Assembly: GCA_963662625.1 (NCBI GenBank)
Contig: OY759726.1
Coordinates: 1,376,001-1,440,000 of the forward strand
Origin: Nitrosopumilus sp.
Lineage (GTDB): Archaea > Thermoproteota > Nitrososphaeria > Nitrososphaerales > Nitrosopumilaceae
Length of the DNA: 64,000 nt
Reading direction: 5' to 3'
The notes beneath the pieces are model-generated. The model did not search any database and had not been told where the DNA came from. It saw nothing but the letters and a program-made list of their open reading frames with translations. Of this stretch, positions 33,309 to 43,300 are shown piece by piece. The first letter of the stretch is position 1. The number at the start of each line of letters is the position of its first letter. The position numbers and the translations under genes are program-made.

Positions 33309-34640
33309 CTAGCCCCCGAGGAACGCGCCGATCTTCGGCAGGCACAGGAGCGAGCTGTGCGCCGCCGAGTCAGTCCCTATGCCGTAACTCACGGTCGAGT
33401 CCCCCACGAAGTACAGCCCCCGCACGCCGGGCGCCTCGTGGGGCGCCTTTGACTTCCACACCAGGCCCGGCCCCTTTGCCACCGACTCCACCAGGCTCCA
33501 CGCCATGGGCCTGTCCCAGAGCAGCGCCTCCCTGAAGCCCGGGTAGATCGAGGAGATCTCGTCCTTCATCCTCTCCGTGATCTCCCTTATCCTCGCGGGA
33601 TCCGCTGCGTCCGCCGCCGACACGGGGGTGCCCGACATCATCAGGTGCTCCCCCGGCGGGGACACCGACGGCGCGATGTTTGAGATGAAGAAGATGCCCT
33701 TCGCGGCATAGTCGCCCACCGGAAAGACCACCTGCCTCGTGTCGATCCGCCTGTCCAGCGCGAAGTGGGCCTCCACCACCGCCGTGGTCCTGTCCAGCCC
33801 GTTTATCCTGTCGACGAACCCCCCGTCGAAGGTGCCCTCCCCGAACAGGCGGTTTACCGCCTGGTATGCGGGCAGGGACACCACGACGCACCTGGAAGGG
33901 AGGAACCCGCCGTCCTCCAGCACGATCCCCTCGACCCGGGACCCGCTCACCCTCACGGACCTGACCGGCGACCCGAGGCGCACCTCGCCGCCGTTTGCCA
34001 CGACGTAGCGCGCCAGCGCCTTGGATATCGCGTCGTACCCCCCGTCGCCGGGGTACGCGAACTCGCTCGTCCCTCCCCTGAAGGGGTTGGCGCGGATCAT
34101 GGTCCTTGCAAACTCGCCGAGGGACACGTGGTCCGCGGTGTCCGCAAACGCCAGCATGCATACGGCATCGAAGAACGCGCCGGCGCTGGGGTCGAGGTTC
34201 TGCGTGATCTCGTCCAGCGCCCTGCCGTCCCACTCCTCGGCCTTTTCCATCGACGCGAAGGCCATGGGCAGCAGTATCCTCAGCAGGGCCAACCTGCTTG
34301 CGAACGGGATCATCGACAGCCTGAGGAGATCCGCGATCCCCCTGGGGTACCTGTGGAAAGCCGCGCCGGAATAGAACGCGATCCTGTCCACCTTGGCGAG
34401 CCTGACGTCTGACTCTATCCCGAGCTTCTTGAGGACCTCGAAGACCGCCGACTTCTTGTAGAACGGCATTATGTGGAAGCCGTTGTCCAGGATGTGGTTC
34501 CTGAACGTGGTGGATGCCGTCCTCCCGCCCACCCTGCCTGCCTTCTCGAACACGCTCACGGCGTGCCCGTCCCTTGCAAGCAGCGCCGCGGTTGTCAGCC
34601 CCCCGACGCCGGCCCCTATGACGAATACCCGGTCGCCCAC
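33309..34640 (-). CDS. FAD-dependent oxidoreductase (phytoene desaturase/amine oxidase family)
   Basis: IGAGVGGL...FEK...VGGR, DNGFH, LYFVGDS. Confidence 0.85.
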   Translation of the reverse strand: MGDRVFVIGAGVGGLTTAALLARDGHAVSVFEKAGRVGGRTASTTFRNHILDNGFHIMPFYKKSAVFEVLKKLGIESDVRLAKVDRIAFYSGAAFHRYPRGIADLLRLSMIPFASRLALLRILLPMAFASMEKAEEWDGRALDEITQNLDPSAGAFFDAVCMLAFADTADHVSLGEFARTMIRANPFRGGTSEFAYPGDGGYDAISKALARYVVANGGEVRLGSPVRSVRVSGSRVEGIVLEDGGFLPSRCVVVSLPAYQAVNRLFGEGTFDGGFVDRINGLDRTTAVVEAHFALDRRIDTRQVVFPVGDYAAKGIFFISNIAPSVSPPGEHLMMSGTPVSAADAADPARIREITERMKDEISSIYPGFREALLWDRPMAWSLVESVAKGPGLVWKSKAPHEAPGVRGLYFVGDSTVSYGIGTDSAAHSSLLCLPKIGAFLGG

Positions 34641-34743
34641 GTGTTTACGACGCCGGGTCGGTATTTATAGGCGGGACGGGATCGGCGGCTAGTGCCTAAT
34701 GGCGGCGGGCCGGGGATCCGCCGCGCGCAGGCCGGAAGAATCA

Positions 34744-34840
34744 TGGTGGACCGGGTGGGATTCGGACCCACGACCTTTGCGGGGGCTTTTCCCCTTACGC
34801 AGTGTGAGTGCGTCATCCTAACCGACTAGACTACCGGTCC
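34744..34840 (-). tRNA. tRNA-Val(CAC) with a 20-nt non-canonical intron at about position 44/45; CCA encoded
   Basis: Acceptor stem GGACCGG/CCGGTCC, anticodon stem ACGCA/TGCGT with loop CTCACAC, T stem GTGGG/CCCAC. Confidence 0.92.
34776..34795 (-). other. tRNA intron with relaxed BHB motif
   Basis: UGCG-UA^A-GGGG-AAAAG-CCCC-CGCA-AA^G; removal restores the AGGUC variable loop and a 77-nt tRNA. Confidence 0.85.
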
Positions 34841-34905
34841 GACAACACTATGGCAGGGGTGTTTTTTTGTCTTTAGTTTCGGCCCGGAACCGCCGGAGGG
34901 CGGCG

Positions 34906-35073
34906 CTACTTCTTGATGCCCATGTTCCTGTTCTTGAGCCTCAGGTACGGGTTCCTGCACTTCCTGCACCGGGAGGCGTTCACGTCGTTCCTGCACCCGC
35001 AGTTGAAGCAGATCTTCATCACCAGCCTGGCGCCCTGCGCTATCCTCTTCTTCTCGGGGTCGGTTATCGGCAT
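34906..35073 (-). CDS. rpl40e: 50S ribosomal protein L40e
   Basis: Manual translation MPITDPEKKRIAQGARLVMKICFNCGCRNDVNASRCRKCRNPYLRLKNRNMGIKK; absent from the ORF track. Confidence 0.92.
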   Translation of the reverse strand: MPITDPEKKRIAQGARLVMKICFNCGCRNDVNASRCRKCRNPYLRLKNRNMGIKK

Positions 35074-35103
35074 GGCTGTCCTCCCTGCTGCCTCTCTTTT
35101 ATT

Positions 35104-36021
35104 CTAATCGGATTTCACCATCTTCCCCGCTAGCAGGATCGACACCTCTGCCGGCCTCTTCGCCACGGGCACGTTTGCCTTGTTGAACATGGATATCTTG
35201 GACTCGGCCGAGCCGTACGTCCCCATGACTATGGCCCCGGCGTGCCCCATCCTCTTCTCCTTGGGGGCGGCCCTGCCCGCGATGTACGCCACCGTCGGCT
35301 TTGCGAACCCCGAGTCGATTATCCTCTGGGCCAGGATTTCCTCGGAGTCGCCCCCTATCTCGCCTACCACCACGAGCCCCTCGAGGTCAGGAACGTCCCT
35401 TACCATCTCGAACGCGTCGATGAGCCTCGTCCCGTTTATGGGATCCCCGCCTATCCCGATCGTGATTGCCTGGCCGAACCCGGCGCTGCTCAGCGCGTCG
35501 GCTATCTCGTAGAGCAGCGTGCCGCTCTTTGAGATCAGCGCGACCCTCCCTGCCTTGAACGGCGAGGCCGGCATTATGCCGATCTTGATCAGCCCGGGTA
35601 TCATGATCCCCGGCGTGTTGGGGCCGATCACTGTGGCGCCCTTCTCCCTCGCAAGGGCCACCACCTGCATGGTGTCCCTCACCGGGACGTGTTCCGGGAT
35701 CGCCACCAGGAGCTTTATCCCGGCCTCCAGCGCCTCCCTCGCGGCGTCCAGGAAGAACCTTGCCGGGACGAACACCGCCGATATCCTGGCGCCCGTGGCG
35801 TCCACCGCCTCCCGCACGGTGTCGTATACCGGGACGGAGTCGCCGAACTTCTGCCCCCCCTTGCCCGGGGTCACGCCGGCCACGACGTTGGTGCCGTACT
35901 CGATCATGTTCTTGGTGTGCAGCGAGCCGTACGCGCCGGTCATCCCCTGGACTATCACGCCCTTCTTCCCGTAGTCGGGATCCCCGGGGCTGCCCCTCAG
36001 GAGCTCGAACACGCCGGTCAT
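35104..36021 (-). CDS. sucD: Succinyl-CoA synthetase alpha subunit
   Basis: VQGMTG, GVTPGKGG, IGPNTPG, SKSGTL, GIGGD, MGHAGA phospho-His. Confidence 0.95.
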   Translation of the reverse strand: MTGVFELLRGSPGDPDYGKKGVIVQGMTGAYGSLHTKNMIEYGTNVVAGVTPGKGGQKFGDSVPVYDTVREAVDATGARISAVFVPARFFLDAAREALEAGIKLLVAIPEHVPVRDTMQVVALAREKGATVIGPNTPGIMIPGLIKIGIMPASPFKAGRVALISKSGTLLYEIADALSSAGFGQAITIGIGGDPINGTRLIDAFEMVRDVPDLEGLVVVGEIGGDSEEILAQRIIDSGFAKPTVAYIAGRAAPKEKRMGHAGAIVMGTYGSAESKISMFNKANVPVAKRPAEVSILLAGKMVKSD

Positions 36022-37124
36022 CCCCTCGTCCCCATAACTGCCGCGTTTATGGCCTCCTCGACGGAGTCGTAGATGCTCGTCCTCGAGTCCCGCAGCATCT
36101 CCCTCGCCCTGTCGGACTCGGCCCCCTTGAGCCTCGAGAATACCGGGACGTCGATGACGCCGTCGGCGTACGCCTTCAGGAACGCCTCCGCGACCACAGT
36201 GGTCTTCACTATCCCGCCGTACAGGTTCACCAGTATCCCCCGGACCCGGCCCATGTTGCCTATTAGCTTCAGCGCCTCGTACACGGACTCGGTGGTGGCC
36301 CCGCCCCCCACGTCCAGGAAGCACGCCGGCGTGCCGCCGTTGTCCGACAGCATGTCCAGCGTGGACATCACGAGGCCCGCGCCGTTTCCCACCACGGCGA
36401 TGTCGCCGTCAAGCTCGACCAGCGAAAAGCCGCTCTTGGCGGCCCTCTCCTCCACCTGAGAGGCCTCCTGGTACTTTTGCAGCTCGCCGTGCCTGAAGTT
36501 GCTGTTGTCGTCCGTCACCATCTTCCCGTCAAGCGCCACCAGCGAGCCGTCCTGCATCACGGCAAGCGGGTTTATCTCCACGAGCTCCGCCTCCTTCTCG
36601 ACTGCCAGCCTCGACAGCCTCAGCAGCATGTCCGCAAAGTCGCCCGCGGACCTGCCCTCCAGCCCGATCTCCCCGGCGACCTCCCCGGCCACGTCCTCCG
36701 GGACGTCTCCGAGCCCGACGTCCCTCACCGTCTGGTTCTTGACCGACTCGATGTCCACCCCGCCCTCCGAGGACGCGATGACGGTGTAGCGCCTCTTCGA
36801 GCGGTCGAGGAACAGCGACAGGTACAGCTCCCCCTTGACGTCGGCCATCTTTTCTAGCAGGACCGCCCTCGCGGCCTCGCCCTTTATCCTGAGGCCCAGC
36901 ACCTGCGGGAACTTCAACTCGAGCTCGTCGGCGTTCCTGCACACCTGGATGCCCCCTGCCTTGCCCCTGCCGCCCACGGGGACCTGTATCTTTGCCACCA
37001 GCGGGTAGCCGAGCTCCGCTGCGTGCGCCCTTGCCTCCTCCATGCCGTGGCACGCCCTGCTCGGCAGCAGCGCTATCCCGTACTCCCCGAACAGCTCCTT
37101 TGCCTGGTATTCCAGCAGACGCAT
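36018..37124 (-). CDS. sucC: Succinyl-CoA synthetase beta subunit
   Basis: LLEYQAKELF, GGRGKAGG, EINPL, GNGAGLVMSTLD, FLDVGGG. Confidence 0.95.
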   Translation of the reverse strand: MRLLEYQAKELFGEYGIALLPSRACHGMEEARAHAAELGYPLVAKIQVPVGGRGKAGGIQVCRNADELELKFPQVLGLRIKGEAARAVLLEKMADVKGELYLSLFLDRSKRRYTVIASSEGGVDIESVKNQTVRDVGLGDVPEDVAGEVAGEIGLEGRSAGDFADMLLRLSRLAVEKEAELVEINPLAVMQDGSLVALDGKMVTDDNSNFRHGELQKYQEASQVEERAAKSGFSLVELDGDIAVVGNGAGLVMSTLDMLSDNGGTPACFLDVGGGATTESVYEALKLIGNMGRVRGILVNLYGGIVKTTVVAEAFLKAYADGVIDVPVFSRLKGAESDRAREMLRDSRTSIYDSVEEAINAAVMGTRG

Positions 37125-37164
37125 TCAGTGTCACTGCCCATTATGGCATTTATTAACCATGGCG

Positions 37165-37494
37165 TCATTTCAGGCTCTCCTCGAGGACGTCGATCGTCTC
37201 CAGGAACCTGTCCCTGCTCTTCCTCCGCAGGACCCGGGGAAACTCGTCCAGCGCGAAGACCCGCTGCTGGTGGAAGCTCGGGGGCGTGACGCCCCCGGAC
37301 GTGACCAGCTGCTCGATCACGTGCCCCCCAGTTAGGGTGCAGACGATCTCCTCGTACGATCCGTCCTCCTCCTCCAGCGTCTGCCTGTACAGCACTATCG
37401 GCCTGTTCGTCTTGGCGGCGATGCCGGATCCCCTCCTCAGCAGATCGGTCAGGTGCTTGACCTGCCACGCGTCGAGGCTGATCTGCTTTACCAT
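37165..37494 (-). CDS. Hypothetical protein
   Basis: Coding-like ORF with upstream TATA-like element. Confidence 0.7.
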   Translation of the reverse strand: MVKQISLDAWQVKHLTDLLRRGSGIAAKTNRPIVLYRQTLEEEDGSYEEIVCTLTGGHVIEQLVTSGGVTPPSFHQQRVFALDEFPRVLRRKSRDRFLETIDVLEESLK

Positions 37495-37549
37495 GGATCC
37501 CTTGCGTTTTTTTTCTATTTAACGGTGAAATGCGGCCGGACGGCCCGGG

Positions 37550-38137
37550 TCAGGCCATGTCGAGCGCCCTGGAATGCTTCCTCGTGTGGGGCCTCTCCCC
37601 GGAGTGCCTCCTCCGCATGTGGCCCGACGGCCTGCCGTATAGCAGCTCGAGGAACCACGACTCGTGCTCTATCTCCTCAGCCAGGATGTCCTTCGCTATG
37701 TCGTACGTCGCGGGATCCTTCCCGTGCGTCATGCTGCAGATCTTGTCCCAGTTGACGATTGCGCCCTGCTCGGCCTTGAGGCACTTCTTTAGTATGGCCT
37801 TGTGGTCCGTGGGCTTTGCCGGGAGCTGCAGGAACTCGCACCCAGACATCCTGATGAACTCGGTGGCGTCGTTGGGGAGGGATCCGCCCAGCTGGTAGAT
37901 CCTCTCGATGCACGACTCGAAGTGGCTGAGATCCTCCAGCCTGGCGTCCTCGATGATCCCCTTGAGCCCCTCGCCCTCCATGCCGGTGCAGTGCGCCCGG
38001 AGGTTGGTGAAGTAATAGTACGCGGTAAACTCCACCGCCGCGTTCTTGACGAGCTCGCCGACCAGCGCCTCGACGTCCACCCCGTTCTTCCTCAGGACGT
38101 TGATGCCTACCACGTTCGGGCCCTTCGCTCTTGCCAC
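37550..38137 (-). CDS. dps: Dps-like (DpsL) ferritin-superfamily protein
   Basis: EFTAYYYF, EDARLEDLSHFE, AEQGAI, ILAEEIEHESWF, GRPSGH. Confidence 0.85.
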   Translation of the reverse strand: MARAKGPNVVGINVLRKNGVDVEALVGELVKNAAVEFTAYYYFTNLRAHCTGMEGEGLKGIIEDARLEDLSHFESCIERIYQLGGSLPNDATEFIRMSGCEFLQLPAKPTDHKAILKKCLKAEQGAIVNWDKICSMTHGKDPATYDIAKDILAEEIEHESWFLELLYGRPSGHMRRRHSGERPHTRKHSRALDMA

Positions 38138-38191
38138 CCCCTACCTGCGGGGCGCGTTGTAATAAAAATATCGCAATCCGCGCCGGGCGGC

Positions 38192-41100
38192 TCACTCCAC
38201 CGATATCCTGATCTTCAGGCCGTCGACGTCCTCGTCCTTGTACTCCCTGCACGATCCCCCAAAGTCGACCTTCCTCACCCTTACCAGGAACGCCAGGTCC
38301 CCGGCCATCTCCCTGACCATCCCCAGCGACTCGTCGTCCAGGCCCAGCACCGACGCGGTGTCGAGGACGTCGGTCGGGTCGTACCCCCTCTCCTTTCGCA
38401 GCTCCTGCAGCCTCCTGGCGATGTCCTTGACCAGGCCGCGCGCCGTCATCTCCCTGCTCCTGGCGGTGGACACGAACACCGTGCACCCGTCGCGGCTTGC
38501 CGCCGCGTAGCCCTGCGCGGCCTCGAAGCCCACCTCGAAGTCGCCGGCGTCGAGGGTGATCTCCCGGCCGCCCACCTCGAACGCGTACCGCGAGTCCCGC
38601 CGCAGCGCCGAGACGATCTCCCCGGGGTCGGTCCCGGAGAACGCGTCGGCCAGCCCCGCCATGCGGTCCTTGGCCTTGGGGCCCACCTTCTTCCTGTCCA
38701 GGCCCACCACCGGCCTTGCCGGCAGCCCGAGCCCCGCCATCTCCGCCACCTGCCCGAGGCCGTCCGCCTCCCGGGTCTCGAAGACGGAGAACCTCTCCAC
38801 GTTGAGCCGGGACCTCAGCAGCCCCGAGAGGGACTCCAGCTTGCCCTTCTCCCCGGCGCCGACGCATATCAGCGCCTCGTCAAGCGGCCACCTCCTCTTC
38901 AGCCTGCCCTTGGTCCTCGCGGCCCACGACGCCGACACCGCGACGTTCATGACGTCGAAGGCCTCCTCGACCCCGGCGTCCACCATGTCTTCCACGTACT
39001 CCGGCCAGCTCTCCAGCAGGATGGACTCCTTGCCGGGGAACGCCGCCTGGTAGAGGTACTCGCTGGTGAACGGGCAGACCGGGTGGATGAGCACGTCGAG
39101 CGTCCTTAGCACGTGCGCCATGACGGCGTAGATCGCGAGCCTCCTGTCCCTCTTGGACTCGTCCTCGTCCCACAGCTCCGCCTTGGTGACCTGGACGTAG
39201 TCCTGGCTCAGGCAGTTGATGACGTAGTCGTCCACGGCACGTGCCGCCTCGTGGAACCGGCACGACCCGAACCCCTCGGTGGCCTTTCGCACAAGGCCCT
39301 GCAGCTTTGAGAGCAGCCAGACGTCGGGCGGCCCCAGGAGCCCGTTTTCCCGCGCCCACGCGACGGTGTGCGAGCCGCCAAAGCCGTCGTACCGGCTGTT
39401 CTGCGTGAAGTAGAGGTGCAGGTTGTACAGCGTGTTCACGATCTGGTACGGCCTCGACATCATCTCGTCGGTGCTGAACCGCAGCGGCTCTATGGGGCTC
39501 GCCTTCCACACGAAGTAGAGCCTCACGAGGTCCGCCGGGTACCTGGCGAGGAGGTCCGCGCCGTCAATCACGTTGCCGAGGCTCTTGCTCATCTTCCCCC
39601 CCTTCTCGTCCAGGACGTGCCCCTGGAACAGGAACGCCCGGTACGGCGGGGACGCCCCGCCGCTCAGGATCACGTTCTCGATGAGCAGGGTGTACGCCCA
39701 CCCCCTGGTCTGGTCGATCCCCTCGGTGAAGAACGGCGCCGGGATCGACCCGGAGTACTCCTCGTCGGTCAGGGAGGCAAACGGCGCGGCGCCGCTGTTG
39801 TGCCACGTGTCCAGGACGTACTCCTCCCTTGCCGTGTCAGTCCCCCCGCAGTGCCTGCACCTTACGGCGATCCTGTCGATCCAGGGCCTGTGGAGCTCGA
39901 AGCCGGGGCCGTCCGGGAGGCTGGCCGCCGCGTCCACGATCTCCTTCCTGGTGAAGAACCAGCTCCGCTTCCGGCACCCGCCGCACGTCCACACCGGGAG
40001 CGGGCACCCCCAGAACCTCTCCCTCGAGATGCACCACGGGTGCCTCTCCCCCACGATTCCGAGGAACCTGTTCCTCGGCTGGTCAAAGTAGTACTCCACG
40101 CCTGCCGCCGCGTCCACCGCCCTGTCCCCCAGCCTGTCCAGCTTGTAGAACCAGCCCTTCCTCGCCAGCCACACTATCGGGTGGCCCGACCTCCAGCACA
40201 GCGGGTACTTGTGCCTTATCCTGCCGATCCTGACCAGCGCCCCGCGGTCCCTCAGGTCCTCGACCACCCTCCCGTCCGCGTCCCTGACGAACATGCCCGC
40301 GTACCTGCCGGCCTCCCCCGTGAACCTCACCTCGTCGTCTATGGGGCTGAACACCGCGACGCCCCTCCTGTTTGCGATGCCGATGTCCTCCTCGCCGTTG
40401 GCGGGGGACAGGTGCACGATGCCGCTCCCGGTGGCGGCGTCCACGAACCCCTCGGCCACCGCCACGTGGAAGTTGTCCCCCCGCGCTAGCTCTGCCAGTC
40501 CCGGGACGACGTCCAGGAGCGGGTGGGCGTACTTCTTCCCCTCGAAGTACGATCCCTTGACGGTCCTCTCCACCTCGTATTCCGCCACCCCGGCCTCCTC
40601 CATGAACCCCTCCAGCCTGGCCCTCCCCACGACCCACGACTCGCCGCCCACCCTGGCAAAGACATAGTCCTCGTCGGGCTTGAGCCCCACCATCGCGTCG
40701 GTCACCAGCGTGAACGGCATCGTGGTCCAGACGATCAGGAACGCGTCCTCGTCCCTGAGCCTGACCTTGTAGTACAGCGACGGGTCGCTGACCTCCCCGT
40801 AGCCCTGGTTTACCTCGGCGTGGCTCAGCGACGTCTGGCAGCTCGGGCAGTACGCGATCACCGTAAAGTCCTCCTCGAGTATCCCGCCCTCGAGCGCCCT
40901 CCTCAGGACCTGCCACTCCCTCTCGATGAAGCCGTCGCGGTACGTCCAGTACGCCCTGTCGTGGTTGAACGACACGCCGAGCAGCCCGTCCACCTCGACC
41001 CACTTTGAGTTGAACCTTTCCACTATGTCCTTGCACTCGCGCACCAGCCTCTCGATGCCGACGCTCCGCGCCACCTCGGACTTTCCGCCCTTGATCCCGA

Positions 41101-41389
41101 GCTCCTTTTCCGCCTGCAGCTCCACCGGGAGACCCTGGGTGTCCCACCCCCCGTTGAAGGTGACCTCCCTGCCCTGGAGGGTGTTGAACCTGTACCACAG
41201 GTCCTTGATCACCCTGCCGCGGAGGTGGCCCGCGTGGGGGACCCCGTTCATGGTGGGGGGGCCCTCGATGAACATGATCTTCTCGGTCCTGCCCGAGTCG
41301 CGGATCCGCCCCTCCACGCCGGCCCGCCTTGAGTGCTGCCTGACTTGCTCCTCGATCTTCTTGGCGTCGAACTTGGGGGCCAGATCCAT
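38192..41389 (-). CDS. ileS: Isoleucine--tRNA ligase
   Basis: EGPP..NG.PHAGH, GWDTQGLPVE, WTTMPFTL, WCISRERFWG, EGIDQTRGW, KMSKS. Confidence 0.96.
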   Translation of the reverse strand: MDLAPKFDAKKIEEQVRQHSRRAGVEGRIRDSGRTEKIMFIEGPPTMNGVPHAGHLRGRVIKDLWYRFNTLQGREVTFNGGWDTQGLPVELQAEKELGIKGGKSEVARSVGIERLVRECKDIVERFNSKWVEVDGLLGVSFNHDRAYWTYRDGFIEREWQVLRRALEGGILEEDFTVIAYCPSCQTSLSHAEVNQGYGEVSDPSLYYKVRLRDEDAFLIVWTTMPFTLVTDAMVGLKPDEDYVFARVGGESWVVGRARLEGFMEEAGVAEYEVERTVKGSYFEGKKYAHPLLDVVPGLAELARGDNFHVAVAEGFVDAATGSGIVHLSPANGEEDIGIANRRGVAVFSPIDDEVRFTGEAGRYAGMFVRDADGRVVEDLRDRGALVRIGRIRHKYPLCWRSGHPIVWLARKGWFYKLDRLGDRAVDAAAGVEYYFDQPRNRFLGIVGERHPWCISRERFWGCPLPVWTCGGCRKRSWFFTRKEIVDAAASLPDGPGFELHRPWIDRIAVRCRHCGGTDTAREEYVLDTWHNSGAAPFASLTDEEYSGSIPAPFFTEGIDQTRGWAYTLLIENVILSGGASPPYRAFLFQGHVLDEKGGKMSKSLGNVIDGADLLARYPADLVRLYFVWKASPIEPLRFSTDEMMSRPYQIVNTLYNLHLYFTQNSRYDGFGGSHTVAWARENGLLGPPDVWLLSKLQGLVRKATEGFGSCRFHEAARAVDDYVINCLSQDYVQVTKAELWDEDESKRDRRLAIYAVMAHVLRTLDVLIHPVCPFTSEYLYQAAFPGKESILLESWPEYVEDMVDAGVEEAFDVMNVAVSASWAARTKGRLKRRWPLDEALICVGAGEKGKLESLSGLLRSRLNVERFSVFETREADGLGQVAEMAGLGLPARPVVGLDRKKVGPKAKDRMAGLADAFSGTDPGEIVSALRRDSRYAFEVGGREITLDAGDFEVGFEAAQGYAAASRDGCTVFVSTARSREMTARGLVKDIARRLQELRKERGYDPTDVLDTASVLGLDDESLGMVREMAGDLAFLVRVRKVDFGGSCREYKDEDVDGLKIRISVE

Positions 41390-41453
41390 ACTGCTGTTGT
41401 GTCCGGGCGTGGCATTATAAAGCTAGATTGGGCGCGCGCCGCCCGGCCGGGGC

Positions 41454-42017
41454 CTAGGCCCCCGCCGTCTCGTAGACGCCGTCCTCGGTGACTATCCAGT
41501 CTATGGCCTGGTCGCCCCCGCGCCGCGGGATGTTCCGGACCACCTGCTTTTCGAGGATCGGCGTGATCGTGACTGCCCCGCTTCCAGCCAGGAACCTGTC
41601 GTAGAACCCGTGGCCGTACCCGAGCCTCGTCCCGTCCGGGGACATCCCCACTGCCGGGACCAGGATGACGTCCAGGGCCCCAGCTGCCGGGCACCTGTCC
41701 CTGGGCTCCATGGTCCCGAAACTGCCGCCCTCCAGGCTTGCAAAGTCCGTAATCTCCCTGAACTCCATGCCCGACCCGACCACCTTGGGGAGTGAGACCT
41801 CCCTGCCCGAGCTGAGCAGCTCCTGGATTATGTCGCGCGTGGGAATCTCGCTGCCGATCTGGTAGTAGAGGCCGATCCTCCCTGCCCCCCTGTACGCGGG
41901 GATCTCCCTCAGCCTGGCCCGGATCTTCCCGGCGGCGATCTCCAGCATGTCCCCCGACGTGCGGTCCCTCCTCTCCAGCAGGAGCCTCCTCAGGGAGTCC
42001 CTCTGGCTACCCGCCAA
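41454..42017 (-). CDS. 5-formyltetrahydrofolate cyclo-ligase
   Basis: DVILVPAVG...RLGYGHGFYDRFL, DWIVTE. Confidence 0.9.
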   Translation of the reverse strand: MAGSQRDSLRRLLLERRDRTSGDMLEIAAGKIRARLREIPAYRGAGRIGLYYQIGSEIPTRDIIQELLSSGREVSLPKVVGSGMEFREITDFASLEGGSFGTMEPRDRCPAAGALDVILVPAVGMSPDGTRLGYGHGFYDRFLAGSGAVTITPILEKQVVRNIPRRGGDQAIDWIVTEDGVYETAGA

Positions 42018-42870
42018 TCCGACTGGCCAGCGACGCAGCGGTGACGGTGTTCTTCAGCAGCATTGCCACCGTCATCGGGCCGACCCCCCCAGGTACCGGC
42101 GTCGCAAACGACGCCTTTTGTATTATCTCGTCATAATCCGCATCCCCCACGAGCCTTCCCCCGAGGCGGGATATCGCCACGTCGATCACCACCGCCCCGT
42201 CCTTTATCATCTCCGGCGTGAGCGTGAACCTCGCCCTGTCACCGACCGCGGTGATCACGACGTCGGCCCCGGCGCACAACCCCTCCAGGTTCTCGGTCTT
42301 GGAATGGCACGTGGTCACGGTCGCGTCCTGCCGGAGGAGCAGGTGGTAGAGCGGCTTCCCGACCAGGCCGCTCCGGTTGATCAGGACGACGCTCTTCCCG
42401 CGCAGCCCGATCCCGTGGTAGTCGAACATCTCCATCACGCCCAGCGGCGTGCATGCCACCAGGGCGGCCTTCCCCATGGACAGCAGCCCGACGTTGTGCG
42501 GGGTCAGGCCGTCCACGTCCTTGACGGGGGATATCCTCGAGGCGGTCGCGAACTCGTCGAGCTGGCCGGGGAGCGGGATCTGCACCAGGATCCCGTGCAC
42601 CAGCGGGTCGCCGTTCAGCCCGTCTATCACCGAGTTCAGCTGGTCCTGCGTGGCCCACGCGTCAAGCCTGTGGTCCCTGGTAGTGATGCCGGCCTCCCCG
42701 CACGCCCTGTGCTTGTTCCTGACGTAGGTGGCAGACGCGGGATCGTCCCCCACGAGCACTGTCGCCAGGCAGGGGTCGACGCCCTGCGACTTTAGCTGCT
42801 CCACTGCCCCCCTTACCCTGAGCTTCACCGACTTGGCGATCTCGTTTCCGTCAATCCTGGTTCCTGCCAT
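42007..42870 (-). CDS. folD: Bifunctional methylene-THF dehydrogenase/cyclohydrolase
   Basis: YVRNK, HGILVQIPLP, KDVDG, CTPLG, TPVPGGVGPMT. Confidence 0.95.
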   Translation of the reverse strand: MAGTRIDGNEIAKSVKLRVRGAVEQLKSQGVDPCLATVLVGDDPASATYVRNKHRACGEAGITTRDHRLDAWATQDQLNSVIDGLNGDPLVHGILVQIPLPGQLDEFATASRISPVKDVDGLTPHNVGLLSMGKAALVACTPLGVMEMFDYHGIGLRGKSVVLINRSGLVGKPLYHLLLRQDATVTTCHSKTENLEGLCAGADVVITAVGDRARFTLTPEMIKDGAVVIDVAISRLGGRLVGDADYDEIIQKASFATPVPGGVGPMTVAMLLKNTVTAASLASRIGG

Positions 42871-43014
42871 GGGGTTTGTTCCAGCATGCCGATATTAAAC
42901 CCCTTGACATCGGGATTCCGCTCCCGCGCCTCGGGCAGGGCGCCGCGCCCGGGCCGCGCCCAGCCGGGCGGGCCCGCGGGAAAGAAAGTTATGTGGCCGC
43001 CTTCCAGGGAAGGC

Positions 43015-43299
43015 ATGCTAGTGGTGATCACGGACGTCAGGATCAGGCCGGAAGCGGTCGACGACTTCAAGAGGTGGTTCTCGGAGTCAAACGGCGTGCT
43101 GTCAAAGTTTGGCGGGTTCGTCTCGCGCAGGCTGCTCGAGTCGGGGGACGGCCGGCACAGGATCATGGTGGAGTTTGAGGACATGGAAAAGTTCACGGCG
43201 ATGCGCCAGAGCCCCGAGCACGAGCGGCTCCATTCCGAGGCGGTGCGGTTCATGGACGGGGCTCCGTCGCCCACGCTATACCGAGTGGTAGCGCAGTGA
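43015..43299 (+). CDS. Antibiotic biosynthesis monooxygenase (ABM) family protein
   Basis: GGFVSRRLL...VEFEDME...SPEH dimeric barrel pattern. Confidence 0.75.
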   Translation: MLVVITDVRIRPEAVDDFKRWFSESNGVLSKFGGFVSRRLLESGDGRHRIMVEFEDMEKFTAMRQSPEHERLHSEAVRFMDGAPSPTLYRVVAQ

Positions 43300-43300
43300 C

